The notes: a model not told the origin generated them from the sequence alone. A stretch of DNA of 64,000 bases from an uncultured Poribacteria bacterium (GCA_958296135.2 CATQHZ020000001.1:3296001-3360000); one strand, 5' to 3'. Positions 9,641 through 19,618 are shown, counted from the stretch's first letter. Numbers and translations: made by a program.

Positions 9641-10417
9641 ATGGACAAAAACGTGTTAGACGCGCCTATTTTAAGCATCCGCAACCTCAGCGTCTGGTAC
9701 GGAAACAGCGAGCCAATTCTGCGCGACCTTTCCTTTGAAGTGAAGCGACGGCGGGTTACCGCACTCATCGGGCCATCGAACTGCGGCAAAAGCACCCTCG
9801 TGCGGTGCCTCAACCGTTTAAATGACTTCACGCCGAATTTCAGACTCACCGGCGAAATTCTTTTTAATGGGCAGAATCTCTACGCGTCGGAGGTAGATGC
9901 TACGGAAGTCCGGAAGCAGATAGGGATGGTGTTCGGAAAACCGGTGCCGTTTCACAAATCTATTTATCAGAACGTAGCCTACGGTGCGCAGATATCAGGC
10001 GTGAAGCCCTCCGCGCAACTTGATGTAATTGTGGAGAAAAGCCTCCGAAGCGCGAACCTATGGGACGAAGTAGAGCCCATTTTGAACGAAACGCCTGAGC
10101 GGCTCTCTATCGGACAGCAGCAGCGGCTCTGCATCGCGCGCGCCCTGGCGATTGCTCCCGAAGTGCTCATTTTTGATGAACCGTGCGGTGAACTAGACCC
10201 GGTGGAAACGCCGAAGGTGGAGGCACTCGTCCGAAATCTCAAGCAGGACTACACGCTCATTTTTGTCACAAACAAACGGCGGCAAGCGGCGCGCGTCTCG
10301 GATTTCGCGGGGTTCCTCTATTGCGGCGAACTAGTAGAATTTGGCGCGACAGAAAAGATTTTCACAAACCCGCAAGATGTTAGGACAGAACAGTATGTGA
10401 CAGGAAGACTCGGTTAA
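9641..10417 (+). CDS. pstB: phosphate ABC transporter ATPase, copy 3 (divergent)
   Basis: GPSNCGKST, LSIGQQQR, IFDEP, FVTNK; C-terminal TEQYVTGRLG. Confidence 0.85.
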   Translation: MDKNVLDAPILSIRNLSVWYGNSEPILRDLSFEVKRRRVTALIGPSNCGKSTLVRCLNRLNDFTPNFRLTGEILFNGQNLYASEVDATEVRKQIGMVFGKPVPFHKSIYQNVAYGAQISGVKPSAQLDVIVEKSLRSANLWDEVEPILNETPERLSIGQQQRLCIARALAIAPEVLIFDEPCGELDPVETPKVEALVRNLKQDYTLIFVTNKRRQAARVSDFAGFLYCGELVEFGATEKIFTNPQDVRTEQYVTGRLG

Positions 10418-10474
10418 AGGCGCGGTTGCAAACCGCGCCTACGGGGGCCGCCGAACGCATTGCGACAAACAAAA

Positions 10475-11161
10475 ATGCTAGAAACGGAACTCAAGGTGCT
10501 TCAGCACCAACTCTTAGAAATGGCGGGAATTGCCGAACGCATGCTACATCAGGCAGTTGAATCGGTTCTCACGCGCGATGAAGTCCTCGCGCGCGCCGTT
10601 GTCGCAACAGACGATACAGTCGACTCGTTTGAAAACCAGATCGAAGCTGCCTGTATTCAACTCATCGCGCTCCACCAACCTGTGGCGTTTGAACTCCGGT
10701 TTCTGACCGCGGCGATGAAGATCTGCCGTCACATCGAACGGTTAGCCGATAAAAGCGTCTCCATCGCCAAACGGAGCCTTGAGTTATTGGCATACCCGCC
10801 TTTCCTTTCCGTAGACAGAGCGACGTTCGTCGATTTACCGTACGTCGCGCGCTTCATTCAGGAAATGGTAAAGGACGCACTAGATGCATTTGTCAATCGA
10901 AATGCGGAACTGGCGCGAGAAATCCGGGAACGCGACAGTAAAGTTGATGCCATATACGCGCGCGTCCTCCCCGAAATCCTCTCAATTTTTAGTGAGCATC
11001 CAAAGCTAATTCAGCCAGGTATCAGCATTTTGCTTCTCTTCCGGCATTTGGAGCGGGTGGGCGATTTATCGGCGAATATCGGGGAAGAGGTGTATTATCT
11101 CGTTAAAGGCGATGTGATTCGGCATCACAATGCCACGAAAAAAACACTGAAGTTTCAGTAA
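10475..11161 (+). CDS. phoU: phosphate signalling protein PhoU
   Basis: Two PhoU repeats (IALHQPVAFELR, HIERLAD, HLERVGDLSANIGE). Confidence 0.93.
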   Translation: MLETELKVLQHQLLEMAGIAERMLHQAVESVLTRDEVLARAVVATDDTVDSFENQIEAACIQLIALHQPVAFELRFLTAAMKICRHIERLADKSVSIAKRSLELLAYPPFLSVDRATFVDLPYVARFIQEMVKDALDAFVNRNAELAREIRERDSKVDAIYARVLPEILSIFSEHPKLIQPGISILLLFRHLERVGDLSANIGEEVYYLVKGDVIRHHNATKKTLKFQ

Positions 11162-11258
11162 TGAAGGCGTTCGCCGCGAGAGCGTGTCAGGACAGATGTC
11201 TCTACCCGCCCATCACTCAAAATTACCCGTTTATTTTCTTAATCTTCATATTTTTTCC

Positions 11259-11288
11259 TTGACAAATTTGTTTTGCATGTGGTATCTT
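11259..11288 (+). promoter_or_regulatory. sigma70-type promoter upstream of the Rpn gene
   Basis: TTGACA (11259), 18 bp spacer, TG-G-TATCTT (11283). Confidence 0.5.
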
Positions 11289-11419
11289 ATTGATAGGAAT
11301 TCCCCCTTATACCAAATGATGTTAACGCGTCTTGTTAAGTCGCTTGGCGTATCCTTTCGGCACAATTTGGTATGACTTCATGGGCTGGATTCTAACAACG
11401 AAAATTTGGAAAAGGAGAG

Positions 11420-12313
11420 GTGATGGCATCTTTTGACAGCGCATCGAAAAGACAAGTGCAAAAGAATCCCAGAGATTTCGTGGCGTTCTGTTTCAAACTG
11501 CGGAACATGGCAGACGAGGACTTCACCGACGTGGAACTCATCACGCCGGAGCAACCCACCGTTGAAATGCACCAGACAGACATCCTCATTAAGGTGAAAC
11601 TCCGAGGCAAATATGTCTTGGTGCATTTTGAGATTCAAACTACCGATAGTTTTGAAACGCCCATGGCACTCCGGATGGCAGGTTATATCCTCTGGCTAGT
11701 CAGAAAATACCGGATGGACGTTTACTCCAATGTGATTTATCTGCGTCCCGACGCCGGCCGAAACGACCCGGGGAAGTTTGAACAGAAAATACCGGGCAAT
11801 GAAATTTTGGTTGAATACCAAGTCGTTCGTCTGGCAGAACTGGACGGCCAGACGGTTCTTGACGCGAGCCCTACCGGTTTGCTACCGTTCACGCCGCTGA
11901 TGAAACCGCCTGGCGGCGTGGCTGAGGACGAATGGTTGCACCGGTGCATTGAAACGGCGGATACTGTTGATGTGCCGAACAAGCTGGATACCCTCGGGGT
12001 GATGGCTGTGTTGGGCAACTTACTCTATGACAAGAAACACATTTTGGATATCGTAAGGAGGATAACCATGAACGCAGCACCTATCGTCCAATACTTCGGG
12101 GAGCAGGCCGCAGCGGAAGCACGACGAGAAAACTCGCGTGAACACATCCTAGAAGTATTGGAACTTCGGTTGCACCCGGACATAGCGCGCGATTTTCAAC
12201 CAACGATAGAGGCAATTGACGACTTGCAACGCCTCAAGCAGTTGCATCGTGCCGCAATACGGGCAAACTCCATCGAAGACTTCCGGCGAGCTTTAGACGC
12301 AGATGGAAAATGA
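11420..12313 (+). CDS. Rpn/YhgA-like PD-(D/E)XK nuclease (recombination-promoting nuclease / putative transposase family)
   Basis: TDILI…LVHFEIQT…MALRMAGY nuclease motif; LLPFTPLM; C-terminal IDDLQRLKQLHRAA helical domain. Confidence 0.8.
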   Translation: MMASFDSASKRQVQKNPRDFVAFCFKLRNMADEDFTDVELITPEQPTVEMHQTDILIKVKLRGKYVLVHFEIQTTDSFETPMALRMAGYILWLVRKYRMDVYSNVIYLRPDAGRNDPGKFEQKIPGNEILVEYQVVRLAELDGQTVLDASPTGLLPFTPLMKPPGGVAEDEWLHRCIETADTVDVPNKLDTLGVMAVLGNLLYDKKHILDIVRRITMNAAPIVQYFGEQAAAEARRENSREHILEVLELRLHPDIARDFQPTIEAIDDLQRLKQLHRAAIRANSIEDFRRALDADGK

Positions 12314-12371
12314 GTCACCAAGGGCGCGGTTCATAACCGCGCTGACTCGTCTTTACCAACGGAGACTAACC

Positions 12372-12617
12372 ATGAACGCAGCACCTATCGTCCAATACTT
12401 CGGGGAGCAGGCCGCAGCGGAAGCACGACGAGAAAACTCGCGTGAACACATCCTAGAAGTATTGGAACTTCAGTTGCATCCAGACATAGCGCGCGATTTT
12501 CAACCAGCACTGGAGGCAATTGACGACTTGCAACGCCTCAAGCAGTTGCATCGTGCCGCAATACGGGCAAACTCCGTCGAAGACTTCCAGAAAGTTTTGG
12601 ACGCAAACGGAACATAA
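12372..12617 (+). CDS. stand-alone duplicate of the Rpn C-terminal domain (81 aa)
   Basis: 12367-12588 is a near-identical copy of 12063-12284; own GGAG RBS and ATG. Confidence 0.75.
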   Translation: MNAAPIVQYFGEQAAAEARRENSREHILEVLELQLHPDIARDFQPALEAIDDLQRLKQLHRAAIRANSVEDFQKVLDANGT

Positions 12618-12678
12618 ATCGCAAACGGCGAAGCAGGCAGGACACCGTGCCCTGCCTGCTTTTTGCCGCACTACGCCT

Positions 12679-13809
12679 CTACTCCGAATAAAAATGCACA
12701 TCCCGCTGCGGAAATGGCACGGTAATCCCATATTCCTGAAACTTATCCCAAATCATGAAATGCAAATCGCTGGCGATATCAAAACGTTCAAAAGAATCAG
12801 GAATCCACGCAAACAACTCAAAATCTAAAGAGGATTCCCCGAAACTAATGAAGCGAACGAACGGCGCAGTGACATTCTTCTGTGAAGGCATTGGTGCCTT
12901 GAGCACGCGCGGATGCGCATGCGCCACCTCCAACAACGCCTTTTTGACGAGAGCCACGTCCGAACTATAGGCGACACCCACCGGAACGCGCACCCGAAAA
13001 CGGCTGTTATAGTGCGTCAGATTATGCACCGACTCAGTAATGAGCTGCGAATTCGGAACGATAATCTCTTTCTCATCCAACGCGACGATAATCGTTGAAC
13101 GGAGATTGATAGCACTCACTCTGCCGAATATATTCGTATCTGTGATTTCCACCAAATCTCCGATTTTAATCGGACGTTCAAAAATCAGGATAATTCCCGA
13201 CACGAGGTTTGAGGCGATGTTCTGCAAACCGAAACCGATGCCGATACTCAAACCACCCAGGATGACGATGAGGTTCGTCAAACCTAACCCGATGGTATTC
13301 AGGCTGATTAACACGCCGAGAGTGACAACGCCGATGTGAAAGAACCGCAGGAGGACAAATTGGGTGTGCTCAGCAATGTGAAAAGCGTATAAAATTTGCT
13401 CCCGGATAACCCACTGCGCGTATTTGGACAAGATAAACACGCCAACGACGATGATAAACCCATAAAACAGTTTCGCCAGTGTCAGACTCTTTTCGCCAAT
13501 CAGAATTTCGTAGGTAAAGAGTGCCTCAAGTTGCCCAACGCTAATGTTCGCAATCTCCAGGCCCACCACGAAGCCCACAACCATAATGATGAGGAACAAA
13601 AGCGCGAGCAGCCGGTTCTGCGTGCTGTCAGGCATCCTTAATTTGCTAAAAAGGCGACTGAGGCGCCGCCGCAAAAATCCCGCGAAAGCGACGAACACCG
13701 CCAACGTTCCGATTAACGTGAGAATCTCAAGGAAGTTGACTTCCTGCCCGTTTAATGTCAGGGCCGTCCCATCTAAAAAATCTAGAAGACGTTGAATCAA
13801 TTCACTCAT
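12679..13809 (-). CDS. small-conductance mechanosensitive channel (MscS family)
   Basis: GIGFGLQNIASNLVSG, ERPIKIGD, IIVPNS, VPFPQRDVH. Confidence 0.93.
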   Translation of the reverse strand: MSELIQRLLDFLDGTALTLNGQEVNFLEILTLIGTLAVFVAFAGFLRRRLSRLFSKLRMPDSTQNRLLALLFLIIMVVGFVVGLEIANISVGQLEALFTYEILIGEKSLTLAKLFYGFIIVVGVFILSKYAQWVIREQILYAFHIAEHTQFVLLRFFHIGVVTLGVLISLNTIGLGLTNLIVILGGLSIGIGFGLQNIASNLVSGIILIFERPIKIGDLVEITDTNIFGRVSAINLRSTIIVALDEKEIIVPNSQLITESVHNLTHYNSRFRVRVPVGVAYSSDVALVKKALLEVAHAHPRVLKAPMPSQKNVTAPFVRFISFGESSLDFELFAWIPDSFERFDIASDLHFMIWDKFQEYGITVPFPQRDVHFYSE

Positions 13810-13852
13810 CTGACGCTACCCTGTACCGAAAAACGAAAGAGCCCTGCCACAA

Positions 13853-14566
13853 CTACAACTTCACTCGCAAAATGGTGAGATACTTGTAGTGCCACCTGTC
13901 CGTGAGCGGCGCACTATTGTAATTCAGCGCACCGCTTATCCGCAAACCTAGCCGCGTAGACAAGTCAAACGTGATAGCCGGCTCAGCCGACAGCTTGAAA
14001 TTTTTAAACCCCACTTCCGGCGTGAACTTCAACTGCGTATTGAGCTTGCGCCACCCGACAGACGAAAATGCCAACCACCGAAACGAAGTCGGATCGAACC
14101 TTCTTAAAACCAGCCCACGCCGCGGTTGGATATTCTCAATGAAACCGCCGAAACCGCCGGAGATACGGAGCCGCCCGCGCTCGTAAATTCTCGGACGAAA
14201 ATAGATACCGATTTGCGACGTGAGCGCGCTGCCCGCCGCGATGTTCCGCTCCACATCGGAAAACGCCTCAATCCCGAACGTGCCGATACGGAAACCGCCT
14301 TGAACATGCGCCTTCACAATCTCCGAAAGCACTTCTTCATCGCTAGCCGCACGCGAACTGTAAATGCCAGCCCACCCATTCATTCTCGCAACCGGCACAA
14401 CAACCGTCACCGTGAACGTCTGCGAGGCACCATCGCCGGAAAGCCCAATGTCTATCGTCTTCTCATCGCGCGGCAAATCGGCGAACTGGCAGAAACCGGA
14501 CAGGGCCAACAAAAGTGAAAGGAGCAGGGCAACCCAAACTGCTCGCTGCTCTATATAGGTTTCCAT
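13853..14566 (-). CDS. hypothetical secreted/outer-membrane beta-strand protein
   Basis: Signal peptide, beta-rich sequence; in a same-strand gene run. Confidence 0.5.
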   Translation of the reverse strand: METYIEQRAVWVALLLSLLLALSGFCQFADLPRDEKTIDIGLSGDGASQTFTVTVVVPVARMNGWAGIYSSRAASDEEVLSEIVKAHVQGGFRIGTFGIEAFSDVERNIAAGSALTSQIGIYFRPRIYERGRLRISGGFGGFIENIQPRRGLVLRRFDPTSFRWLAFSSVGWRKLNTQLKFTPEVGFKNFKLSAEPAITFDLSTRLGLRISGALNYNSAPLTDRWHYKYLTILRVKL

Positions 14567-14575
14567 TGCCCCTCA

Positions 14576-15031
14576 TCATAACGCGTTCAGCGAGACAGTC
14601 GCTTCGAGTCCCACCGAAAAAGTCGATTGGATAAGCCCAAAAATTATCAACCCCCCGGCCGCACAACCCGCACCCGCATACCGCAATTGCAACGCACTGA
14701 CCCGGGATTGGTAGGTACTCGTATAGATATTCACATACTCTGGCGGTTTGCCCAAAAACCGTACCGCCGGCGGCGGCAGCGGATACAAATAACTCCCCGC
14801 AAGCCCAGCCGCCGATACCAAGCAACCGTTCTCAAGCAGGGCGACGCTGGAAAGCAGCACGCCCGCACCGAACCACAAAAGCTTATTCACATCTGCCGCC
14901 GCCTCCATCTCAGCAGCCGCTCTCGCCTCTGCTACCATCGAATTATTTTGCGCAAACGCGTCGAAAGGCGCAACACACGCCACGGAAACCATCAAAAAGA
15001 TGGAAAGGTAGGTTATGAAACGAATTTGCAT
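14576..15031 (-). CDS. hypothetical membrane protein
   Basis: Signal peptide (AFA-Q), hydrophobic segments, GGAGG RBS. Confidence 0.55.
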   Translation of the reverse strand: MQIRFITYLSIFLMVSVACVAPFDAFAQNNSMVAEARAAAEMEAAADVNKLLWFGAGVLLSSVALLENGCLVSAAGLAGSYLYPLPPPAVRFLGKPPEYVNIYTSTYQSRVSALQLRYAGAGCAAGGLIIFGLIQSTFSVGLEATVSLNAL

Positions 15032-15047
15032 CTGTTCCTCCTTGATG

Positions 15048-15115
15048 GCGAGGGACAGCCCCTCGCGCTACGGAATATTACGAGCAAGAGCGAGGGACAG
15101 CCCCTCACCCTACGG
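15048..15115. repeat. two tandem GTAG-type REP hairpins (family F, GCGAGGG-ACAG-CCCCTCGC-GCTAC)
   Basis: Two copies visible; relatives at ~18843, 25097, 46451, 46578, 48688, 49451, 49499, 52394, 59657. Confidence 0.75.
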
Positions 15116-15158
15116 AAAATCGCCCGACAAAAAACGGGACAGTTCGGAAACACCAACG

Positions 15159-15590
15159 CTACTCAGCCTTCCCGTCAGCATCGCCATCGTCCTCCTCTTC
15201 GTCCTCCTCCTTCTTGCTCTCCTTCTCAAGTAGATCCCGGTAAGCCTGGTTCTTTTTCTCCAGCCGGTAAATCAGGAACTCCAGAACGAGCAGGACTGTC
15301 ATCAGCAATAACAAGAAGCCGAAAAGGATAACATAAAACCAATGGCTATACGAGCCGCGCAGCGTGCAATAGAGCAGGTGACCGGCAAGAAACAGTTTCC
15401 ACCTGCGAAGGACGAATTGCATGAGACGACTTCGCTCGATGAATTCTTCCCATCCCCCACGTAAGACGTGAAAGATAAACCGAAAAACGTTGAAGACGAC
15501 GAAGCAATCATACGCAAACTGAATCCAACCGAGCACCTCGAGGAACGTCTCGTTCGCGAACGGTGTACCTGAAAGCCAATCAAGAAGCAT
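15159..15590 (-). CDS. hypothetical membrane protein with acidic C-terminus
   Basis: Three hydrophobic segments, KEEDEEEDDGDAD tail, AGAGG RBS. Confidence 0.5.
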   Translation of the reverse strand: MLLDWLSGTPFANETFLEVLGWIQFAYDCFVVFNVFRFIFHVLRGGWEEFIERSRLMQFVLRRWKLFLAGHLLYCTLRGSYSHWFYVILFGFLLLLMTVLLVLEFLIYRLEKKNQAYRDLLEKESKKEEDEEEDDGDADGKAE

Positions 15591-15656
15591 ATCTTTTTTC
15601 CTCTAGGTTATGATGCGTTACAGTGCCATAGGCGCGGACGCAGTTTGAAACCGCGC

Positions 15657-18600
15657 CTACCCTGCGCGCCGCGATTTCTTCGCGCCATCAATGCTCGGCT
15701 CCGCGCACAACTTCGCACGCAAAAGCGCAAGCCCCTCATGAACCTCCGGATGCGTCCCCTCACCGAAACCGAGCACCTCCGATAACAAACGCCTGTCAAG
15801 CTGATGCCGAACCGCATCGCCAACCATCTCGTTGAACGGATACAACACCGCCCCCTTCAACTCATGGAAAATCTGCTCCGCCGCCGCCAATTGCGCCGCA
15901 CTGAGCCGCGTCACATCCAACGTCGGCAAAGCACGCAACGTTCTTTTTCGGAGTATCCCACGGCCCTGCTGTTGCTTGCCGCACTGCAACCAATGACAGA
16001 GCAACCCTAGCGTGGAATTCCCCCACAACGCCCACGCATACTCATAACTTTCGTCTGTAAAGCGAACGTTGGGAAGCGTATTCACACCGATGGTTTTCTG
16101 CTCCGTAAATAGCACCAGCAGCGAACCCGCATTAAACCGGATGCTTTCGCTGTAGTGAATTCGGCTGTTGAGTGCCATGATCTTCGCAACTTTGTCTTCA
16201 CAATCGGGCCGAGGAAGCGCGTGTGCATCAGGTCCGACAAGCATTGTCTTCTGTTGCTTGGAATTCACATGCCACAAACACGGATAATCTGCAGTGTCTG
16301 GACACCCTTTCTCAACGTCAAACGCGCCCTCTCCGCCATCGCCGTAGATAGACAGCGGGCCCATACTCGTTTTAGCGATGTCAGACAACCGGCATATAGG
16401 AATTGAAAGCGGCTCTAACTGCCGCGGGAGGCGTAGCACGCCGTTTGCGAGTTGATGCGCCACCTGCGCCACGCTCATATCCTTGATGCGGCACACGGGC
16501 CAGCCCTCCTCAACGTCTGGCAGCGGTGCGTCCATCGCATACCCTACCGTCTCCGTGCCCACCTTGATTGGGTTTCCACCGGTGATACCGTCTTCAAGCC
16601 GTCGTAGGGGTGAAACCCGTAGCGCGGGGGTCTGTCCCTCACGATGCCCCTTCCCGCATCGGCTGTCAGGCAGTTGGTGGACTTGGTTCGCGATTTCGCG
16701 CGCCTCCAGCACGCCCGCCGGCCGGCGATGGAGGCAGATAAAGGTGCCGCGGCCCGTCGCCTGTCCCTTCCCTTTCGTTGCAACGACGAGGCACTCCGCG
16801 ATGCCGGTATCCGCAGAGAACGTGCTGTTCGCAATCTCCTTATCGGCGATAGTGACGACGATGATGTCGCGATATTCTGTCGCCCAGAGTTTTCGCACCT
16901 TGCGCCAACTAGTGCCGGCGATGGCGTTGGATGGCAGCACTATCCCCATGACACCGTTCGGTTTCAGCATTTTATCAGCGAGTTCGACGAAGTGTGAAGC
17001 AACACCGGCATTTCCATCGCCGATGCTCCCTTTCAGGCTCTTGAGCGATTTTTTCATCGCACGTTCGATCTCCTCGTCTTTGTCGCCGAACGTCGTCTTC
17101 GGCACTTCAGAGTTTTTATCGGTATTCCCTTTGATATAGGGTGGATTTTGGATGACGATGTCAAACTCGCCGTGCCGAAATTCCTGCTGCGCTTGCGTGT
17201 TGATATCGCCCGTGCCGCCGACTCTGCGGCTCGCTGTCATCGGTATCGGCAGCGTCTCCGCGGGGTTACGGAGCAGGTTCAGCGCGCCGATGGCGTATTG
17301 CCCATCGGAACGGTGCGTGCCATATTCCATCGCATAGATACGCGTATCGCCGATTTTGATATTCGGATGCGTGCTAGCGATGATGGCGGCAGTGAGGTGC
17401 ACCGCGTTCGGCAAAATATCGCAACCGACGAGGTTCTTCTCCAGCATAAACTGATGGATATCCTCGCTTTTCCCACCTGCCTGTTCGTGAAAACCGAGGA
17501 GGCGTTGATAAACGCCGTTCAGCAGTGTACCGGTGCCGCAGGCGAAATCGGCTATCTTCGGAAGATGCGCAACCTTCCGAGAGGCAGGTTTGGAACCTGT
17601 CTCTTCGTTCGTCACCGGTGGTGGAGGTGGGAGAACCAACGCGGAAAGAAGTGCCGCCGATTCAGGACGCGTATAGTGCGCCTTGATGAACCGCCGGTCG
17701 GTAATCAATTTTTGGAAGACGATGCCGGCTAGTTCGTGCTCCCGTGCGAGCCCCATCTGCTCCAATTCGCGCGCCGTGTTGCGGAGCGTCCACAGCACCG
17801 CGCCGACAAGCCTGTCATCCAGCGCGATGGCGTTAACAAGCTCGACAGCCACATCGTAGATAGAGTGGTAGTTTACCGTCTGGATAGTGTACCACGCGTC
17901 GAAAACCAGGTCAGAATCCAGCAGCCCGTTTTGTCCCCGGAGGCGGCTGAGTGAGGGCACCGTCTCAAGTTCCGGCTTCCCGGCGAGGGAACTTTGAAAA
18001 ATGAACGCGTTCCCGATGATGAGCATCGCCATCCGGGTGGTTTGCGGACAGGATTCTTGATGGAGAGCCGACTCAATCTGTTTGCCGATTTCGGGCCGCG
18101 CCGCAATGGCAGTATCAACGAGTTTTCCCGCTGCTTCGATGCCGCGCTCCAGAATCTGGGCTGCCTCCTCAATCTTTGCGACAGGTGTCGCCCCGACGCG
18201 GATGGCATCGGCGATGTTTGAGACGCTGCCGGTGAGCCAATCTTCAGGGCCCGGCATCCCGCTGACTTGCGGAAAACGGTGCGGCGCATCCGTGCTGAGC
18301 AGGATATATTTGATGTCTTTTGCCGCTCCCATCTCAGAGAGAAGGCCACCCTGTTCGATAGTTCGGTAGCGGTGCGGGAACCGAATGGCGATGCCGGTAT
18401 GAATTGTCTCGCCGGACTGCTTGAGCGTTTGGCCGAGACAGTCGTCGAGGAGTTGTCCCTCGCCGCTGGTATCCGGCGCGCGTTCGCCATCAACCTTCAC
18501 CTCAATGGCAATAGCGTTCCGCTTCGGTTCGGTGATAACGGCATCCGGCTCCTTCTGATTCTCCCGAAACGGCCGGATCGGATGCGCCGCGACGCTCCAA

Positions 18601-18665
18601 GAATGCCGCATCGGGCGTAGCACATTCAGGAAGGCGACGGTGAGAGTGTTCTCGTTGTTTGGCAT
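15657..18665 (-). CDS. Type IIG-like restriction-modification fusion (PD-(D/E)XK nuclease + N6-adenine methyltransferase + TRD)
   Basis: N-terminal EPDAVI…AIEVK; HYTRPE; motif I DFACGTG; motif IV NPPY; TFSADT. Confidence 0.8.
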   Translation of the reverse strand: MPNNENTLTVAFLNVLRPMRHSWSVAAHPIRPFRENQKEPDAVITEPKRNAIAIEVKVDGERAPDTSGEGQLLDDCLGQTLKQSGETIHTGIAIRFPHRYRTIEQGGLLSEMGAAKDIKYILLSTDAPHRFPQVSGMPGPEDWLTGSVSNIADAIRVGATPVAKIEEAAQILERGIEAAGKLVDTAIAARPEIGKQIESALHQESCPQTTRMAMLIIGNAFIFQSSLAGKPELETVPSLSRLRGQNGLLDSDLVFDAWYTIQTVNYHSIYDVAVELVNAIALDDRLVGAVLWTLRNTARELEQMGLAREHELAGIVFQKLITDRRFIKAHYTRPESAALLSALVLPPPPPVTNEETGSKPASRKVAHLPKIADFACGTGTLLNGVYQRLLGFHEQAGGKSEDIHQFMLEKNLVGCDILPNAVHLTAAIIASTHPNIKIGDTRIYAMEYGTHRSDGQYAIGALNLLRNPAETLPIPMTASRRVGGTGDINTQAQQEFRHGEFDIVIQNPPYIKGNTDKNSEVPKTTFGDKDEEIERAMKKSLKSLKGSIGDGNAGVASHFVELADKMLKPNGVMGIVLPSNAIAGTSWRKVRKLWATEYRDIIVVTIADKEIANSTFSADTGIAECLVVATKGKGQATGRGTFICLHRRPAGVLEAREIANQVHQLPDSRCGKGHREGQTPALRVSPLRRLEDGITGGNPIKVGTETVGYAMDAPLPDVEEGWPVCRIKDMSVAQVAHQLANGVLRLPRQLEPLSIPICRLSDIAKTSMGPLSIYGDGGEGAFDVEKGCPDTADYPCLWHVNSKQQKTMLVGPDAHALPRPDCEDKVAKIMALNSRIHYSESIRFNAGSLLVLFTEQKTIGVNTLPNVRFTDESYEYAWALWGNSTLGLLCHWLQCGKQQQGRGILRKRTLRALPTLDVTRLSAAQLAAAEQIFHELKGAVLYPFNEMVGDAVRHQLDRRLLSEVLGFGEGTHPEVHEGLALLRAKLCAEPSIDGAKKSRRAG

Positions 18666-18686
18666 GTAATTTCTCCGTATTCGTTG

Positions 18687-18891
18687 TCCCCCGCGTGCCT
18701 TGACAGTGGCGAGGTAGGAGAGCCCTCCCGCGTCTCGATGCTCCCTGAAGCCTGTCTCCCGCGTGCGTCGACAGTGGCGAGGTAGGAGAGCCCTCCCGGT
18801 CTCGATGCTCCCTGAAGCCTGTCTCCCGCGTGCCTCGACAGTGGCGAGGGGAACCCTCGGCGATTAGCGTTCGCCGGGCCCTCGCCCTACG
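18687..18891. repeat. tandem 67-68 bp REP-containing units ending in a family F nested hairpin
   Basis: GACAGTGGCGAGG at 18702, 18770 and 18837; units contain GTAGGAGAGCCCTCCCG…CTCGATGC. Confidence 0.85.
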
Positions 18892-18928
18892 TTCCCGGGG
18901 CTGTCCGTAGCGCGGGGGAGCTCAAAGA

Positions 18929-19618
18929 CTAAACCTCGCGAAACCGATATCCTACCCCGTGTACCGTCTCAATATGTCGCCCGAGGTCTCCGAGTTTCCG
19001 GCGGAGGCGGCTGACATGCGTATCCACAGTCCGGTCGATACCGTAATACTCCTGCCCCCAGATAACGTCCATGAGAATCTCGCGGGTGAAAACGCGCCCG
19101 GGGGAACGTGCAAACAAGGTGAGGAGCTTGAACTCCGTGGCGGTGAGCTCGATTGTCTCGTCTTCCGTCTGCACTTGATGCTTGTCCAGATCGATGGTGA
19201 GGCCGTGCGTCCGAATTTTTTGCGTCTCCTCCGTTTCTCGCCCAACTTTGAGACGGCGGAGGACAGCGGCGACGCGCAAAACGACTTCCCTAGGGCTAAA
19301 CGGCTTCGGGATATAGTCATCAGCCCCGTGCTCTAATCCCCTGATTCTGTCCTCTTCTTCTCTCTTAGCAGTGAGCATGACGATGGGGACATGCTTGGTC
19401 CGCGAATCGCTTTTCAGTAAACGGCAGACGATGAGGCCGTCTACTTCTGGAAGCATGAGGTCCAACAGAATGAGGTCCGGCGGTTCTTCGATAGCACGCT
19501 GAAGTGCATCAGCACCGTTCCGGACGTAATCCGTTTTAAAGCCTGCTTCCTGCAGGTTATATCGTAGCAGTTCAACAATATCGCGTTCGTCTTCAACGAT
19601 TAAAATCTTGGCTTGCAT
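18929..19618 (-). CDS. phoB: OmpR/PhoB-family response regulator, probably PhoB/PhoP
   Basis: IVEDE, LLDLMLP, GADDYIPKPF, RTVDTHVSRLRRKL, ETVHGVGY; pst operon nearby. Confidence 0.75.
   Translation of the reverse strand: MQAKILIVEDERDIVELLRYNLQEAGFKTDYVRNGADALQRAIEEPPDLILLDLMLPEVDGLIVCRLLKSDSRTKHVPIVMLTAKREEEDRIRGLEHGADDYIPKPFSPREVVLRVAAVLRRLKVGRETEETQKIRTHGLTIDLDKHQVQTEDETIELTATEFKLLTLFARSPGRVFTREILMDVIWGQEYYGIDRTVDTHVSRLRRKLGDLGRHIETVHGVGYRFREV

Noticed and set aside
14627-15331. Long plus-strand ORF and similar antisense ORFs (e.g. 58477-59301, 33735-34508)
   Set aside because: Shadow ORFs opposite well-supported genes in GC-rich DNA, with no recognisable motifs.
18687-18891. CRISPR array
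   Set aside because: Two and a half near-identical units without spacers.
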